Assembly (NCBI GenBank): GCA_022795445.1
Contig: JAAWGR010000006.1
Coordinates: 4,425 to 68,424 of the forward strand
DNA length: 64,000 bases
Direction: 5' to 3'
Source: Oscillibacter sp.
Lineage (GTDB): Bacteria > Bacillota > Clostridia > Oscillospirales > Oscillospiraceae
The notes beneath the pieces were generated by a model. The model did no database searches. It had not been told where the DNA came from and was given only the letters and a program-made list of their open reading frames with translations. Both the position numbers and the translations under genes were made by a program. Position 1 is the stretch's first letter, and each line of letters starts with the position of its first letter. Of the stretch, positions 1-10,058 are shown in pieces.

Positions 1-99
1 GATGTGTGCAGAGCTGATGCTCTCGCCGGAATTTTTACAGATTTTGCTGGAACGGCTGATGCCGTGACTGGGATCAGAAATTGATGGAAGGGAGCAGTC

Positions 100-984
100 A
101 TGGACGAACTTGCACAATATGAAGCTTATTTGACAGAGAAACGGCATGCCTCCCCCAATACGGTTGCATCTTATTTGCGGGATGTGTCGCAGTTTGCGGT
201 TTATTTGAAAGACCGCAGCGGCAGCCTTTGGGACGTTGGGGATGAAACCGTCCAAGCATATATGGATTGGATGCTGAGTCAAGGTAAATCTGCCGCCTCG
301 GTTACACGGTTCCTGGCTTCCATCAAATCGTTTTATAACTACATGATCACCATCGGAGAGATGTATGCTAATCCGGCTGCAGGGATTGTTGCTGCAAAAG
401 CGGAGCGGAAATATCCAGAGATTCTGACATCCAAGGAGGTGGAGCTGCTTTTGGAGCAGCCCCAATGCATAGATGCCAAGGGCTTTCGAGATCACGCCAT
501 GCTGGAGCTGTTGTATGCGACAGGCATCCGCGTCAGCGAGCTGATTTCCTTGGATATGGAGGATTTGAATTTGGCGGCGGGTTTTATCCGCTGCCGAAGC
601 AAGGGGAAGGAGCGGGTAATCCCACTCTATCCAGCGGCGGTGAAAGCGTTGGAGGACTATGTACAGGATATTCGCCTGCAAGTGGTTGCAGACAGTGGGG
701 AGCCGGCGGTTTTCCTCAACCGGAACGGGGAGCGTATGAGCCGCCAAGGGTTTTGGAAGATTTTGAAGCATTACCAGGAGATGGCAGGGATTGAGAAGGA
801 GATCACGCCCCACACCCTACGGCACTCCTTCGCGGCACACCTTCTGGAAAATGGCGCCGACCTGCGGTCCATCCAGGAAATGTTGGGCCATGCGGATATT
901 TCGTCTACGCAGATTTATACGCAAGTGGTCAAGAAACAGCTGAAAGAGGTCTATCAAAAGGCCCATCCCAGAGCGCAGCCATGA
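100..984 (+). CDS. xerD: Tyrosine site-specific recombinase, XerC/XerD family
   Basis: 294-aa ORF. It has an N-terminal core-binding region (ASPNTVASYLRDVSQF) and a C-terminal catalytic region (HTLRHSFAAHLLENGADLRSIQEMLGH...TQIYT) typical of Xer recombinases. A purine-rich RBS (GGAAGGGAG) lies upstream. XerC versus XerD cannot be resolved from sequence alone. Confidence 0.8.
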   Translation: MDELAQYEAYLTEKRHASPNTVASYLRDVSQFAVYLKDRSGSLWDVGDETVQAYMDWMLSQGKSAASVTRFLASIKSFYNYMITIGEMYANPAAGIVAAKAERKYPEILTSKEVELLLEQPQCIDAKGFRDHAMLELLYATGIRVSELISLDMEDLNLAAGFIRCRSKGKERVIPLYPAAVKALEDYVQDIRLQVVADSGEPAVFLNRNGERMSRQGFWKILKHYQEMAGIEKEITPHTLRHSFAAHLLENGADLRSIQEMLGHADISSTQIYTQVVKKQLKEVYQKAHPRAQP

Positions 985-1001
985 TCGAAAATAAAAGGAA
1001 A

Positions 1002-1028
1002 AGCGCCTGCTTATGCAGGCGCTTTTTG
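1002..1028. terminator. Bidirectional rho-independent terminator between convergent xerD and sigA
   Basis: Hairpin AGCGCCTGC-TTAT-GCAGGCGCT, flanked by an A-run upstream and a T-run downstream. Confidence 0.7.
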
Positions 1029-1033
1029 TGCGT

Positions 1034-2395
1034 TCAATTGAGAAAATCTTTCAGTTTTTTACTGCGGGAGGGGTGGCGGAGCTTCCGCAAGGCTTTCGCT
1101 TCGATCTGCCGGATACGCTCGCGGGTAACATTGAATTCCTTACCAACTTCTTCCAGTGTGCGGGTCCGTCCATCCTCAATGCCAAAACGAAGCTTGAGAA
1201 CCTTTTCCTCACGGGGCGTAAGGGTGGAGAGGACATCCATAAGCTGTTCTTTCAGGAGGGTGAAGGACGCGGCCTCAGAAGGCTCAGACGCAGCTTCATC
1301 AGGAATGAAATCGCCGAGATGGGAATCTTCTTCCTCACCGATGGGTGTCTCTAAGGAGACTGGTTCCTGGGCAATCTTCATGATCTCCCGCACTTTATCC
1401 ACAGGCATATTCATTTCTGCGGCGATTTCCGTTGGAGAGGGGTCGTGGCCCAGCTCCTGCAAAAGCTGACGGCTGACCCGGATGACCTTATTGATCGTTT
1501 CCACCATATGCACAGGGATGCGAATGGTCCGCGCTTGGTCAGCGATGGCCCGGGTGATAGCCTGCCGGATCCACCAAGTTGCGTAGGTTGAAAACTTGTA
1601 ACCCTTAGTATAATCGAATTTTTCCACGGCCTTGATCAGGCCCAGGTTGCCCTCTTGGATCAAATCCAGGAACAGCATTCCCCGGCCTACATAGCGCTTA
1701 GCGATAGAAACGACCAGGCGTAGATTGGCTTCAGCCAACTTTTGTTTGGCAATTTCCCCGGCCCGATACTTCTGTTTCCATTGGGCTTCCTCTTTGATAT
1801 CAACAGGCTCGCCGTTATCTCGCATTCGCCGGAACTCCGCCAGTCTTTTCTCCGCCTCGTTTCCGTCAGACATCGCCTGTGCTAAAGATACTTCTTCTTC
1901 AGGGGTCAGAAGGGGTACCTTGCCGATCTCCTTCAAATACATTCGGACGGGGTCATCGATGGAAAAACTGTTAACCAGTGTATTGGGGTCTACCAGTTCT
2001 TCTTCTTCCACGTCGGCGATTTCCTCAGCGGCTGGTCCCTCTTCTGGAAGCTCAGAGAGGAGGCTTTCCTCGGCGCTGATATCAATATTCAGCGCCTCCA
2101 AGGAATCATAAAGCTGGTCCATCTGCTCGCTTTCAAGGTTCAGGTCATCCACGGCGTCCATCAAATCGGAAGATTCCAGCTTCCCCTTTTTCTTGCCCTT
2201 TGCCAGCAGTTCCCGGAGCTTTTCGTTACCCGCCAGCCACGGGGCGGCAGGCAGCGCCGCAACCTGCTTATCATCCAAACGGGGAACCTCGGTTTTTTTA
2301 GCTTCGTCTTCCTTTTCCGCCGCATCAGCGGCAGCTAGGATGGCGTCGGCTTGTGCTTTCAGTTCCTTGGGGGTCAATTCCTGTTTGTTAGACAT
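1034..2395 (-). CDS. sigA: RNA polymerase primary sigma factor (sigma-70/SigA)
   Basis: Region 2.4 ([19 protein letters not shown]) and region 4.2 ([20 protein letters not shown]) are present, with an acidic N-terminal region. I chose ATG 2395 (MSNKQ, preceded by GGAGAAAAACGGA) because the longer ORF start at 2461 lies inside dnaG. The dnaG-sigA gene order is the classic arrangement. Confidence 0.95.
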   Translation of the reverse strand: MSNKQELTPKELKAQADAILAAADAAEKEDEAKKTEVPRLDDKQVAALPAAPWLAGNEKLRELLAKGKKKGKLESSDLMDAVDDLNLESEQMDQLYDSLEALNIDISAEESLLSELPEEGPAAEEIADVEEEELVDPNTLVNSFSIDDPVRMYLKEIGKVPLLTPEEEVSLAQAMSDGNEAEKRLAEFRRMRDNGEPVDIKEEAQWKQKYRAGEIAKQKLAEANLRLVVSIAKRYVGRGMLFLDLIQEGNLGLIKAVEKFDYTKGYKFSTYATWWIRQAITRAIADQARTIRIPVHMVETINKVIRVSRQLLQELGHDPSPTEIAAEMNMPVDKVREIMKIAQEPVSLETPIGEEEDSHLGDFIPDEAASEPSEAASFTLLKEQLMDVLSTLTPREEKVLKLRFGIEDGRTRTLEEVGKEFNVTRERIRQIEAKALRKLRHPSRSKKLKDFLN

Positions 2396-4169
2396 TCCGT
2401 TTTTCTCCCTTTTTGTCTTTGTATTTTTCTGTCGCTGCCAGCAGCGGGTCAGTTGCACCACCAGTGCGCCGTTGATACTCTGTGTGTATGACCCGTATGT
2501 AATCCTCCAAAGCCTGCTTACCCCGCTGTACGGATTCTGGTTTCTGACAGACTGCCGCCATATGGTTCATTTCTTCTGCGGACAGCGCTCCAGAGAGTGC
2601 CGCGAGGGATACGTCCCGCCCTTCGCATTTTGCCTGCCAGAAGGAGGAAAATACTTTCCCCAGCAGGGGGGAGGAGAACTGTTCTTCTGTCAGGGGAAGC
2701 TCTGCCGGAAAGAGCGACGCATCCAAAAGCAGCAACCGGAGCACGCCTTCTTCTGCCATCGCGGAGCGTATATTGTTGTACCGCAGCGACCGCTCCTGGG
2801 GCTGGTTTTTGGCAGCGGGATTGAGTTCCCGGCGGAGCTCAGCACGATTTTCCCGGGCTGTCAGGCGTTTCCGGGCACGCTGGACTTCCACCTTCATAGC
2901 ATCCGGCGTTATATGCGCAAGCTCAGCGGCGCGGTTGCTGTAGACCTCTCGTTCCACTGCGCCGGGAAGGGACGCCAAAAGGCTGCTGATTTCGGCGCAG
3001 TAAGCCACCCGAGCCTCGTCGCTGTTCAAGTCATACTTGGCCGCGACTTGAGCCATCCGGAACTCGATACCGTTCTCGCTGCCGCGCAAAAGGCGTTCAA
3101 AGGCGTTGGGGCCTTGGAACTTGATAAAGTCGTCTGCGTCCTGCTTCACCAGTTCTCCGTTTTCTGTCTGCCGTCGGGGCAGCTGCAAGACTTTTACGGA
3201 AAACTCTGACCCGTTCAAAATCTGCAAGGCCCGTTCGGTTGCGGTTTTTCCCGCGTTGTCATTGTCATAACAAAGAACGAGCTCTTTTGTGAAGCGGGAG
3301 AGCAGCCGGGTTTGTTCCACCGTCAGGGCTGTGCCCATGGAAGCAACCGCATTATCAAAACCTGCTTGATGAAGTGTAACAATATCAAGGTTTCCCTCAC
3401 AAAGGATAATATTAGGCCGCTTGCTTTTTTTTGCCAGATTCAGTCCATAAAGCACGCGCCGTTTGCTGTAAATCGGTGTCTCCGAAGAATTCATATATTT
3501 TGGTTCCGACTGATCCAGAACCCGGCTCCCGAAGGCGACCACATCTCCCCGGGTATCAATAACCGGCAGCATGAGACGGTTTCGAAATTTGTCATACAGC
3601 CCACCTTTTTTGTTTTGTACCACCAATCCTGCGTCAAGGAGTTCTGTTTTCGTGTATCCTTTTTTCATCATGGCAGTCAGAAGAACATCCCAGGCATTCA
3701 GCGAGGCTCCCATACCGAAGTTGACGGCGGTAGCCTTCCGGATTTGACGGCGTTCCAAGTAATCCCTGACAGCGCGGCCTTCTGGTTGCTGAAGCAGCTG
3801 GTAGTAAAAACGTGCAGCCTCCCGGTTCAGCTCCAGGAGCCTTGCCCGGCGGCGTCCGGCATCCCGGTCACCTTGTTCCTCCGGGACTTCCATCCCGGCC
3901 CGTTTGGCGAGGAACCGCACGGCGTCAGGGAAGGAGAGGTTTTCTTCCTCCATGATGAAATTCACCACACCGCCGCCCTTTTTACAACCAAAGCAATAAT
4001 ACATCTGCTTATCTGGAGCGACGGAAAAGGAGCCGGTTTTTTCACTATGGAAGGGGCAAAGGCCGAACAGGTTTGTACCTTTGCGGGTGAGCTGGACGTA
4101 GCTGCCAACAACGTCCACAATGTCGCTGCGGGCGAGGAGCTCGTCCAGAAAACTCTGTGGAAACGCCAT
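2388..4169 (-). CDS. dnaG: DNA primase
   Basis: Zinc finger [13 protein letters not shown]...YYCFGC and TOPRIM motifs EGNLD and DNDNAG. ATG 4169 has GGAGG 8 nt upstream; an alternative ATG lies at 4184. The gene overlaps the sigA start by 8 nt. Confidence 0.95.
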   Translation of the reverse strand: MAFPQSFLDELLARSDIVDVVGSYVQLTRKGTNLFGLCPFHSEKTGSFSVAPDKQMYYCFGCKKGGGVVNFIMEEENLSFPDAVRFLAKRAGMEVPEEQGDRDAGRRRARLLELNREAARFYYQLLQQPEGRAVRDYLERRQIRKATAVNFGMGASLNAWDVLLTAMMKKGYTKTELLDAGLVVQNKKGGLYDKFRNRLMLPVIDTRGDVVAFGSRVLDQSEPKYMNSSETPIYSKRRVLYGLNLAKKSKRPNIILCEGNLDIVTLHQAGFDNAVASMGTALTVEQTRLLSRFTKELVLCYDNDNAGKTATERALQILNGSEFSVKVLQLPRRQTENGELVKQDADDFIKFQGPNAFERLLRGSENGIEFRMAQVAAKYDLNSDEARVAYCAEISSLLASLPGAVEREVYSNRAAELAHITPDAMKVEVQRARKRLTARENRAELRRELNPAAKNQPQERSLRYNNIRSAMAEEGVLRLLLLDASLFPAELPLTEEQFSSPLLGKVFSSFWQAKCEGRDVSLAALSGALSAEEMNHMAAVCQKPESVQRGKQALEDYIRVIHTEYQRRTGGATDPLLAATEKYKDKKGEKRNV

Positions 4170-4381
4170 AGATACCGCCTCCATTCGGTCAGTTTAGCCA
4201 AAATCCCCGTCTGTCATACCAAAAAAATGAGAATCGCGGGAAAGGCGATATTTAAATATACGCCGCAGATTTTGGATTTCCTCTTTTTTTGCGCCGATTT
4301 TTTTGAAAATTTTCCAGACAAGCTTTACAGTTTGGAAAAGAGTGGGTAAAATAGTAAAAATAACAGAAAGGAGGGCGCGGT

Positions 4382-4981
4382 ATGCCCATTGAATTATGGA
4401 CGGCCCGGCTGGAACGTCCTTTGCGGGAGAATGAGCGGGAGACCATGCTGACGATGCTGCCGCCAGCGCGCCGGGAGCGGCTTTTGCAGTCGCCACTGGA
4501 GAAGCAGCAGGAGCCTTTATGCGCCTATTTTTTGTTGTGCTTGGCGCTGTGGAAGCATCAGCGCTGGCGGGAACTGCCGGAAATTGCAGCATCCCGGTTT
4601 GGCAAGCCCTATTTCCCGGAACATCCGGATGTGCATTTCAACCTCAGTCATACAAAGGGGGCGGTGCTGGTGGGGGTGTCGGATGAACCTTTGGGTGTGG
4701 ATATTGAACGGGTTCGCCCGGTAGGACAGCGGATGATGGAGCGCTTCTTTCATGCTGAGACAGAACAGGCTTTTTTTGAAAGCTGGGTGTGTTGGGAAGC
4801 CCGGAGCAAGTGCAGTGGAAGGGGAATCGGCAGTATGCGGGAAGCACCCTTGCAGGCGGGGGAGCATTATTATGCGTTGGACGCTTTCCCGGGATATGCG
4901 GCAGGTGTCGCGGCACATAGTGCAGAGCCCTTAGGAATGCTTCACCGGTACTCTTTGGATAATATACAAGGTGCGTTATAA
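4382..4981 (+). CDS. 4'-phosphopantetheinyl transferase, Sfp type
   Basis: 199 aa with the motifs GKPYF, FNLSHT and GVDIE characteristic of Sfp-type PPTases. RBS AAAGGAGGG lies upstream. Confidence 0.8.
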   Translation: MPIELWTARLERPLRENERETMLTMLPPARRERLLQSPLEKQQEPLCAYFLLCLALWKHQRWRELPEIAASRFGKPYFPEHPDVHFNLSHTKGAVLVGVSDEPLGVDIERVRPVGQRMMERFFHAETEQAFFESWVCWEARSKCSGRGIGSMREAPLQAGEHYYALDAFPGYAAGVAAHSAEPLGMLHRYSLDNIQGAL

Positions 4982-4990
4982 AGAAAAGCA

Positions 4991-5016
4991 AGGGCGGGGA
5001 TATCAATCCCCGCCCT
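4991..5016. terminator. Bidirectional terminator between the PPTase gene and gdhA
   Basis: Perfect 10-bp stem AGGGCGGGGA-TATCAA-TCCCCGCCCT followed by TTTGT. Confidence 0.7.
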
Positions 5017-5054
5017 TTGTGAAAGCTTTTTTCGCTCTTGAGAAAAGATACCTC

Positions 5055-6404
5055 TTAGAATACGCCTTGCGCCATCATGGCATCGGCGACGCGCTGGAAG
5101 CCTGCGATATTTGCGCCGGCGACAAGGTTGTAGCCCAGGCCGTACTGCTCGGCGGCCTTGACGCTCATGTTGTAAATGGTATCCATGATCTGGTGCAGCT
5201 GCTTATCGACTTCTTCTTCCGTCCAGACAAGACGCTCGCTGTTCTGAGCCATCTCCAAGGCAGAGGTCGCCACGCCGCCTGCGTTCACCGCCTTGCTGGG
5301 GGCTACGATCATATCTTTCTGCTCCATCAGGTACTTGAGGGCGTCGTTAGTGGTGGGCATATTGGCCACCTCAATATAATACTTCACGCCGTTGGCAGTA
5401 ATCTGTTTTGCATGTTCCATGTGGACGTCATTCTGCATGGCGGAGGGCATTGCTACATCGACCTTCACGCCCCAAGGCTTTTCTCCCGCATGGAACTCCA
5501 CACCGAACTTATCGGCGTAATCCTGCACTTTATTGCGGCCGCTGTTGCGCATTTCAACCAAGTATTCGATCTTCTCCGGAGTGCAGATGCCGTCGGGATC
5601 ATAAACATAGCCGTCCGGGCCGGAGAGGGTAACGACTTTCGCACCCAGCTCGGTAGCCTTCTTGCAGATGCCCCAGGTCACATTGCCGAAGCCGGCGCAG
5701 GCAATCGTCTTGCCCTGGATGGATTCACCCTCATGTTTGAGGACATTCTCCAGATAATACACCGCGCCATAGCCGGTAGCCTCAGGACGAATCAGGGAGC
5801 CGCCATAGCTGAAGCCCTTGCCGGTGAGGACGCCGTTTTCAAACGCGCCTTTCAGCCGACGGTACTCGCCATAGAGGTAGCCGATTTCCCGTGCGCCGAC
5901 GCCCATGTCTCCCGCAGGAACGTCCACATCCGGCCCAATATAGCGATACAGAGCCTGCATAAAGCTCTGGCAGAAGCGCATGATCTCGGCGTCAGACTTG
6001 CCTGCCGGGTCGAAGTCGGAACCGCCCTTACCGCCGCCGATGGGCAGGCCAGTTAAGCTGTTCTTGAACACCTGCTCAAAGCCCAGGAATTTAATGATGC
6101 CAGGGTATACGTTCTTCTGGAAGCGCAGGCCGCCCTTATAGGGGCCAATTGCGCCGTTGAATTGGCAGCGCCAGCCAATATTTGTGTGCCACGTGCCGTC
6201 ATCGGCCATCCAGCAAACGCGGAAGGTGATCATCCGTTCCGGCTCTACCATACGTGTCAGCAAGTCAGCCTTCTCGTATTCGGGGTGTTTTTCCACCACC
6301 GGCTCGAGGGAGGAAAGGACTTCCTCCACCGCCTGGACGAACTCCGGTTCATTCGCGTGCCGTGCCTTGACATTTTCAATGACACTTTCAATATATGCGT
6401 TCAT
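5055..6404 (-). CDS. gdhA: NADP-specific glutamate dehydrogenase
   Basis: About 449 aa with the GDH signatures KGGLRF and GGGKGGSDFDP, plus the dinucleotide fold GFGNVTWG. ATG 6404 is preceded by GAGGAGG; the ORF-track start at 6407 is a TTG one codon upstream. Confidence 0.95.
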   Translation of the reverse strand: MNAYIESVIENVKARHANEPEFVQAVEEVLSSLEPVVEKHPEYEKADLLTRMVEPERMITFRVCWMADDGTWHTNIGWRCQFNGAIGPYKGGLRFQKNVYPGIIKFLGFEQVFKNSLTGLPIGGGKGGSDFDPAGKSDAEIMRFCQSFMQALYRYIGPDVDVPAGDMGVGAREIGYLYGEYRRLKGAFENGVLTGKGFSYGGSLIRPEATGYGAVYYLENVLKHEGESIQGKTIACAGFGNVTWGICKKATELGAKVVTLSGPDGYVYDPDGICTPEKIEYLVEMRNSGRNKVQDYADKFGVEFHAGEKPWGVKVDVAMPSAMQNDVHMEHAKQITANGVKYYIEVANMPTTNDALKYLMEQKDMIVAPSKAVNAGGVATSALEMAQNSERLVWTEEEVDKQLHQIMDTIYNMSVKAAEQYGLGYNLVAGANIAGFQRVADAMMAQGVF

Positions 6405-6613
6405 CAAACATCCTCCTCAAATCTTCTAAGACTCCACGGAAGCCACAAAGTTGTGCCCAAGACAATATAACATTGTTTACCGAAATAAACAAGAGGGATT
6501 TAACAATTTGTAGCAATTTACTATGAACGACCGTGAATGGAGGTATGTTTTGGACAAGAAAAGAATAGAGTGGCAATAAACATCTGGAAAAAGCGAAGAG
6601 GGGGGCGTGCAGC

Positions 6614-7327
6614 ATGGTGGAAGCAATCCTGGTCACTGCGGCGGCGGGGGTGCTTGGAACCGGCTTAGGCGGGACTTTGGCTTGCGGGTTTCGGCGGGAT
6701 TCTGGGCGGGAGGCCAGCCTGTTTTTGAGTTTTGCAGCGGGGGTAATGGTATCCGTAGTGTGCTTTGGCCTTCTGACGGAAGCTGCCGCGCCGGGGGCGA
6801 TGCTTCCGGTAGCAATTGGCGTTCTGGTGGGCTGTGCAGTGACGGGGATTCTCAATGGGCTGCTGGCCCTAGGCAGTCCGAAGGGCGGACTGGTTTTGGC
6901 AGGACTGGTTATGGCAGCGGCGATTGCGGTACACAACGTTCCGGAGGGCATGGTGATTGGAGCGTCTTTTGCCGGAGAAGGCATGGCCAAGCATGGGTGG
7001 ACGATGGCGGCAGTGATTGGTATGCATAACATTCCAGAAGGTATGGCAGTTGCCGCGCCGTTGATAGCCGGGGGGACGCGCCGATGGAAGGCGGCGGGTT
7101 TAGCGGCTCTGACAGGCGTGCCGACAGTACTGGGCGCTATGGTAGGCTACTGCCTGGGAACTCTTGGCCCTACGGCATTAACGGCCACATTAAGTTTTGC
7201 CGCTGGGGCGATGCTATATGTTGTTTTCGGCGAACTTTTGCCGGAGGCAGCGGGGTTGTGGCAGAGTAAGATTCCAGCGTTGGCGGCAGTTGCGGGTGTG
7301 TTGGTAGGTATGGCCATTGGCGGATAG
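6614..7327 (+). CDS. ZIP family divalent metal (zinc) transporter
   Basis: 237-aa polytopic membrane protein with the duplicated metal-site motifs HNVPEGM and HNIPEGMAV typical of ZupT/GufA-like ZIP proteins. Confidence 0.85.
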   Translation: MVEAILVTAAAGVLGTGLGGTLACGFRRDSGREASLFLSFAAGVMVSVVCFGLLTEAAAPGAMLPVAIGVLVGCAVTGILNGLLALGSPKGGLVLAGLVMAAAIAVHNVPEGMVIGASFAGEGMAKHGWTMAAVIGMHNIPEGMAVAAPLIAGGTRRWKAAGLAALTGVPTVLGAMVGYCLGTLGPTALTATLSFAAGAMLYVVFGELLPEAAGLWQSKIPALAAVAGVLVGMAIGG

Positions 7328-7376
7328 GATTATATCGAATCAAGTCATTGTGTATGTGGAACAATCAAGTAAGATA

Positions 7377-7410
7377 GGAGCGGCAAGGAACATAAATTCC
7401 TTGCCGCTCC
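7377..7410. terminator. Bidirectional terminator between the ZIP gene and the DUF3810-like gene
   Basis: 14-bp stem GGAGCGGCAAGGAA-CATAAA-TTCCTTGCCGCTCC followed by TGTTT. Confidence 0.75.
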
Positions 7411-7438
7411 TGTTTGCGTTTTAAGTTTTTGTCAACGG

Positions 7439-8533
7439 TCAGCGGTAATATACGACCAACAAATCCACCACTGTGCCATAGGATTGGATCCCCCGCTCGT
7501 CGCCGTAGCTCTTGAGGATGCCGTCATAAATTTTGTTGGAAGCCCGCTGGACGACAGTATCCTGGAACTGTGACCAATAAGCGTTGTTATAGCTTAAATC
7601 TGCCCGAACGCTTTCCGGAAGTGTATCGCGGATGGCCCAGTAGGCATCAGGGTCCTTTGAGTAAAGGGCATTGCCAAGATAAATATAGCCTAAAAGCAGT
7701 CCAGAATATACATAGGTTGGATTGCCAGAAGTGGTGGAGGCCAAGATTGCCAGAAAATTGCACTCCTGCTCAGAGGCAATCCCGCGCTGGTGCGCAAGTT
7801 CGTGGGCGGCCGTGGAGGGGAGAAGACAGGCAGGGCTGTCTACATTGACATTAGACTCTCCAGTGTAAGGACAGTAGAAGCCGGTGAAATCCATCATACT
7901 CATAAGGCGGGAAAAGCGCATAGCTTTTACGCCAGGATCATCAAATTCCAAGAACGGGAATTGTTCCTCGATCTGGTCATAAACCTGGGGGCTATACGCA
8001 AGGATTTCTTCCCGCGAAACAGCAAACAGGCCGTTTTCATCCCGTTCAACCCCATTTGCCGCTTGGGCAAGTTCTGCTGCGAAACGTTCTGTGACGGCCC
8101 GCAGGTCATCCAAGGCAACAGGCTGTGCGCAGATGCCGGACTTGTCCTGAAAGCTGTCAGTCCAGTAGTTTACGCCCCAAAGAAGACAGAACCCAACACA
8201 GATAGTAAGCATAATGCAGACCGCGCCCAGTGCGGCAGCATATGCCTTGACGCCGCGCTGTCCCTTGGCTCGAATAACCGAGAGGATGCTCCAAACCAGA
8301 TAACCGATTGCAAACAGCACCAATAAAATACCCAATACTTCCATAATCGAAACGTTGGTCAGATAACACAGCCGCCCGACGGTTCGGCGGAAGGGGCCGG
8401 TAATGTTGTCTGCCAGGGCATTCATCAGGGCTTTCTGGCTTCTTAGCAGCCAGAAAGCTGCCAGGAAAAGAAGATCGGTAAAAAACCAGATATGCAGTTT
8501 TTTAAAGCGAAAGAAAAAGTGTTTTAAATCCAT
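7439..8533 (-). CDS. Membrane protein with HExxH metalloprotease-like motif (DUF3810-like)
   Basis: 364 aa with N-terminal TM helices and an AAHELAHQRG (HExxH) motif in the C-terminal part. The DUF assignment comes from remembered family architecture and has not been searched. Confidence 0.6.
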   Translation of the reverse strand: MDLKHFFFRFKKLHIWFFTDLLFLAAFWLLRSQKALMNALADNITGPFRRTVGRLCYLTNVSIMEVLGILLVLFAIGYLVWSILSVIRAKGQRGVKAYAAALGAVCIMLTICVGFCLLWGVNYWTDSFQDKSGICAQPVALDDLRAVTERFAAELAQAANGVERDENGLFAVSREEILAYSPQVYDQIEEQFPFLEFDDPGVKAMRFSRLMSMMDFTGFYCPYTGESNVNVDSPACLLPSTAAHELAHQRGIASEQECNFLAILASTTSGNPTYVYSGLLLGYIYLGNALYSKDPDAYWAIRDTLPESVRADLSYNNAYWSQFQDTVVQRASNKIYDGILKSYGDERGIQSYGTVVDLLVVYYR

Positions 8534-8687
8534 ATATGAATCCTTTTTAGGACGATTCTACCGCATTTGCCGCAAATACGCAGAGATTCCTCCAATGTTC
8601 AAGGCTGCGTTCAAAGAACTGTAAAGGTTCTGGAAAGTCGTCTAGGGGTGTGAATGGCAGAAAAATTCATCAACAGAATCTTCCTCA

Positions 8688-9926
8688 TTATAAATTCTCC
8701 AGTTTCTTATCGATGTCACTTTTGCCGTTTGATTGGCCGGTTTCATAAGCCTTGATCTCCGCAGGCAAGCCCTTTTTGCGCAGACGAACGTCCAGAATAA
8801 AATTGGCGGCACAGTAAAAGCAGGCGCACACTGGTACGCCAAAGAACATGCCTGGTACGCCGAAGAAGCTGCCGCCAACCAAAATTGCCACAATCACCCA
8901 CAAGCTGGACAGTCCCGTTTTATCGCCCAAAATTTTGGGGCCGATGACATTACCGTCCAGCTGCTGGAGGGCCAGGACGAAAAAGAGGAAATACAATGCT
9001 TTCATAGGGGAGACCAAGAGGATAAGGAAGGTGCTGGGAATGGCGCCTAAAAAGGGACCGAAGAAGGGGATGATATTGGTCACGCCGACAAACACGGAAA
9101 CCAGCGGCGTGTAAGGAAAGCCGAGAATGGAACAGCCAGCAAAGCACAAAATACCAATGATGATGGAATCCAGCAGCTTGCCCCGGACAAACCCGGAAAA
9201 AATGCTGTCCATTTTCCGTACGCCCCTCAGCACCCAGCGGACATTCTCCTGGGAAAACAGAGCGCAGATCAATTTGCGCCCGTATGCGGAGCAATGTTCC
9301 TTAGTAGCCAGGAGGTAAACGGAGACAATAATACCCACCAGCATGTTTTTTGCAAAATTCAGGAGCGAGATTACGCCGCCAGAAACGGTAGTCATCACTG
9401 TTTGGATTTGAGGCAATACGCCCTTGGTCAGCCAGTTGTTGATATCCGTAAAATATCCAGACATCTGTTGGGATACCCAGCCCGCTACAGTGGGATTGGT
9501 TTCCAGCAAATGCATTACCCAGTCACTGATGGTACGGTAATAATCGTCCGCGCTGGTTACAAGCTGAAGGATGCTCTTATACAGCTCCGGGAGCAGGAAT
9601 GATGCCAGCAGGTAGGCGAAAAAGGCGATAACTGCCCATGTCAGCAGCATACTTGCCGCCCGGATGCCGGCATGGATGCTTCGTCCGTTATCCTTCGCCC
9701 GCTGCATCGCACCGGTGAAAAGGACTTCTTCAAAGCAGTTGACCATCGGAGCCAGCAGGTAGGCAATGAATGCGCCATAAAGGATCGGCTGGACCGACGT
9801 AAGGAATTGGCTGCCGACCTTGAGCACGACTTTGCCGCCAAATAGGGTATCGTAAAAGAGCAGGATTGCAGCTACCGTGCAAAAGACGGTTACGCCTAAC
9901 GCGATATGTCCGTTTTCATGCTTCAT
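8688..9926 (-). CDS. AI-2E family transporter (PerM/YhhT-like permease)
   Basis: Polytopic membrane protein with the typical C-terminal block GAIPSTFLILLVSP...LDGNVIGPKILG. I chose ATG 9926 (MKHENG, RBS AAGGATGG). The 102-codon upstream extension of the ORF runs through the divergent promoter region and looks non-coding. Confidence 0.85.
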   Translation of the reverse strand: MKHENGHIALGVTVFCTVAAILLFYDTLFGGKVVLKVGSQFLTSVQPILYGAFIAYLLAPMVNCFEEVLFTGAMQRAKDNGRSIHAGIRAASMLLTWAVIAFFAYLLASFLLPELYKSILQLVTSADDYYRTISDWVMHLLETNPTVAGWVSQQMSGYFTDINNWLTKGVLPQIQTVMTTVSGGVISLLNFAKNMLVGIIVSVYLLATKEHCSAYGRKLICALFSQENVRWVLRGVRKMDSIFSGFVRGKLLDSIIIGILCFAGCSILGFPYTPLVSVFVGVTNIIPFFGPFLGAIPSTFLILLVSPMKALYFLFFVLALQQLDGNVIGPKILGDKTGLSSLWVIVAILVGGSFFGVPGMFFGVPVCACFYCAANFILDVRLRKKGLPAEIKAYETGQSNGKSDIDKKLENL

Positions 9927-10058
9927 GGTTTCACCATCCTTTTTATAAAAACATTGTACCCCGAGTTTGTAAGAATTGCAATCCTGAATTACGTATGATA
10001 TACTAAATCTTAACAATTTAACTAAATGAAAGGAATCTTGCAAGGAGGCCGATCTGCC

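Noticed and set aside
100-984. The tyrosine recombinase as a marker of an integrated mobile element or prophage boundary.
   Set aside because: The sequence is Xer-like and housekeeping in character. No flanking direct repeats, tRNA target or phage/IS genes are present, and the neighbouring genes are core (sigA-dnaG).
4194-4592. 132-aa minus-strand ORF spanning the dnaG/PPTase divergent region.
   Set aside because: It overlaps the PPTase gene antisense. Its Ala/Pro-rich low-complexity translation has no start signals.
6473-6492. Calling the gdhA-proximal dyad a GlnR/TnrA box.
   Set aside because: The half-site (TGTTT versus TGTNA) and the spacing (8 versus 7 nt) do not fit the consensus. It is kept only as an unassigned candidate operator.
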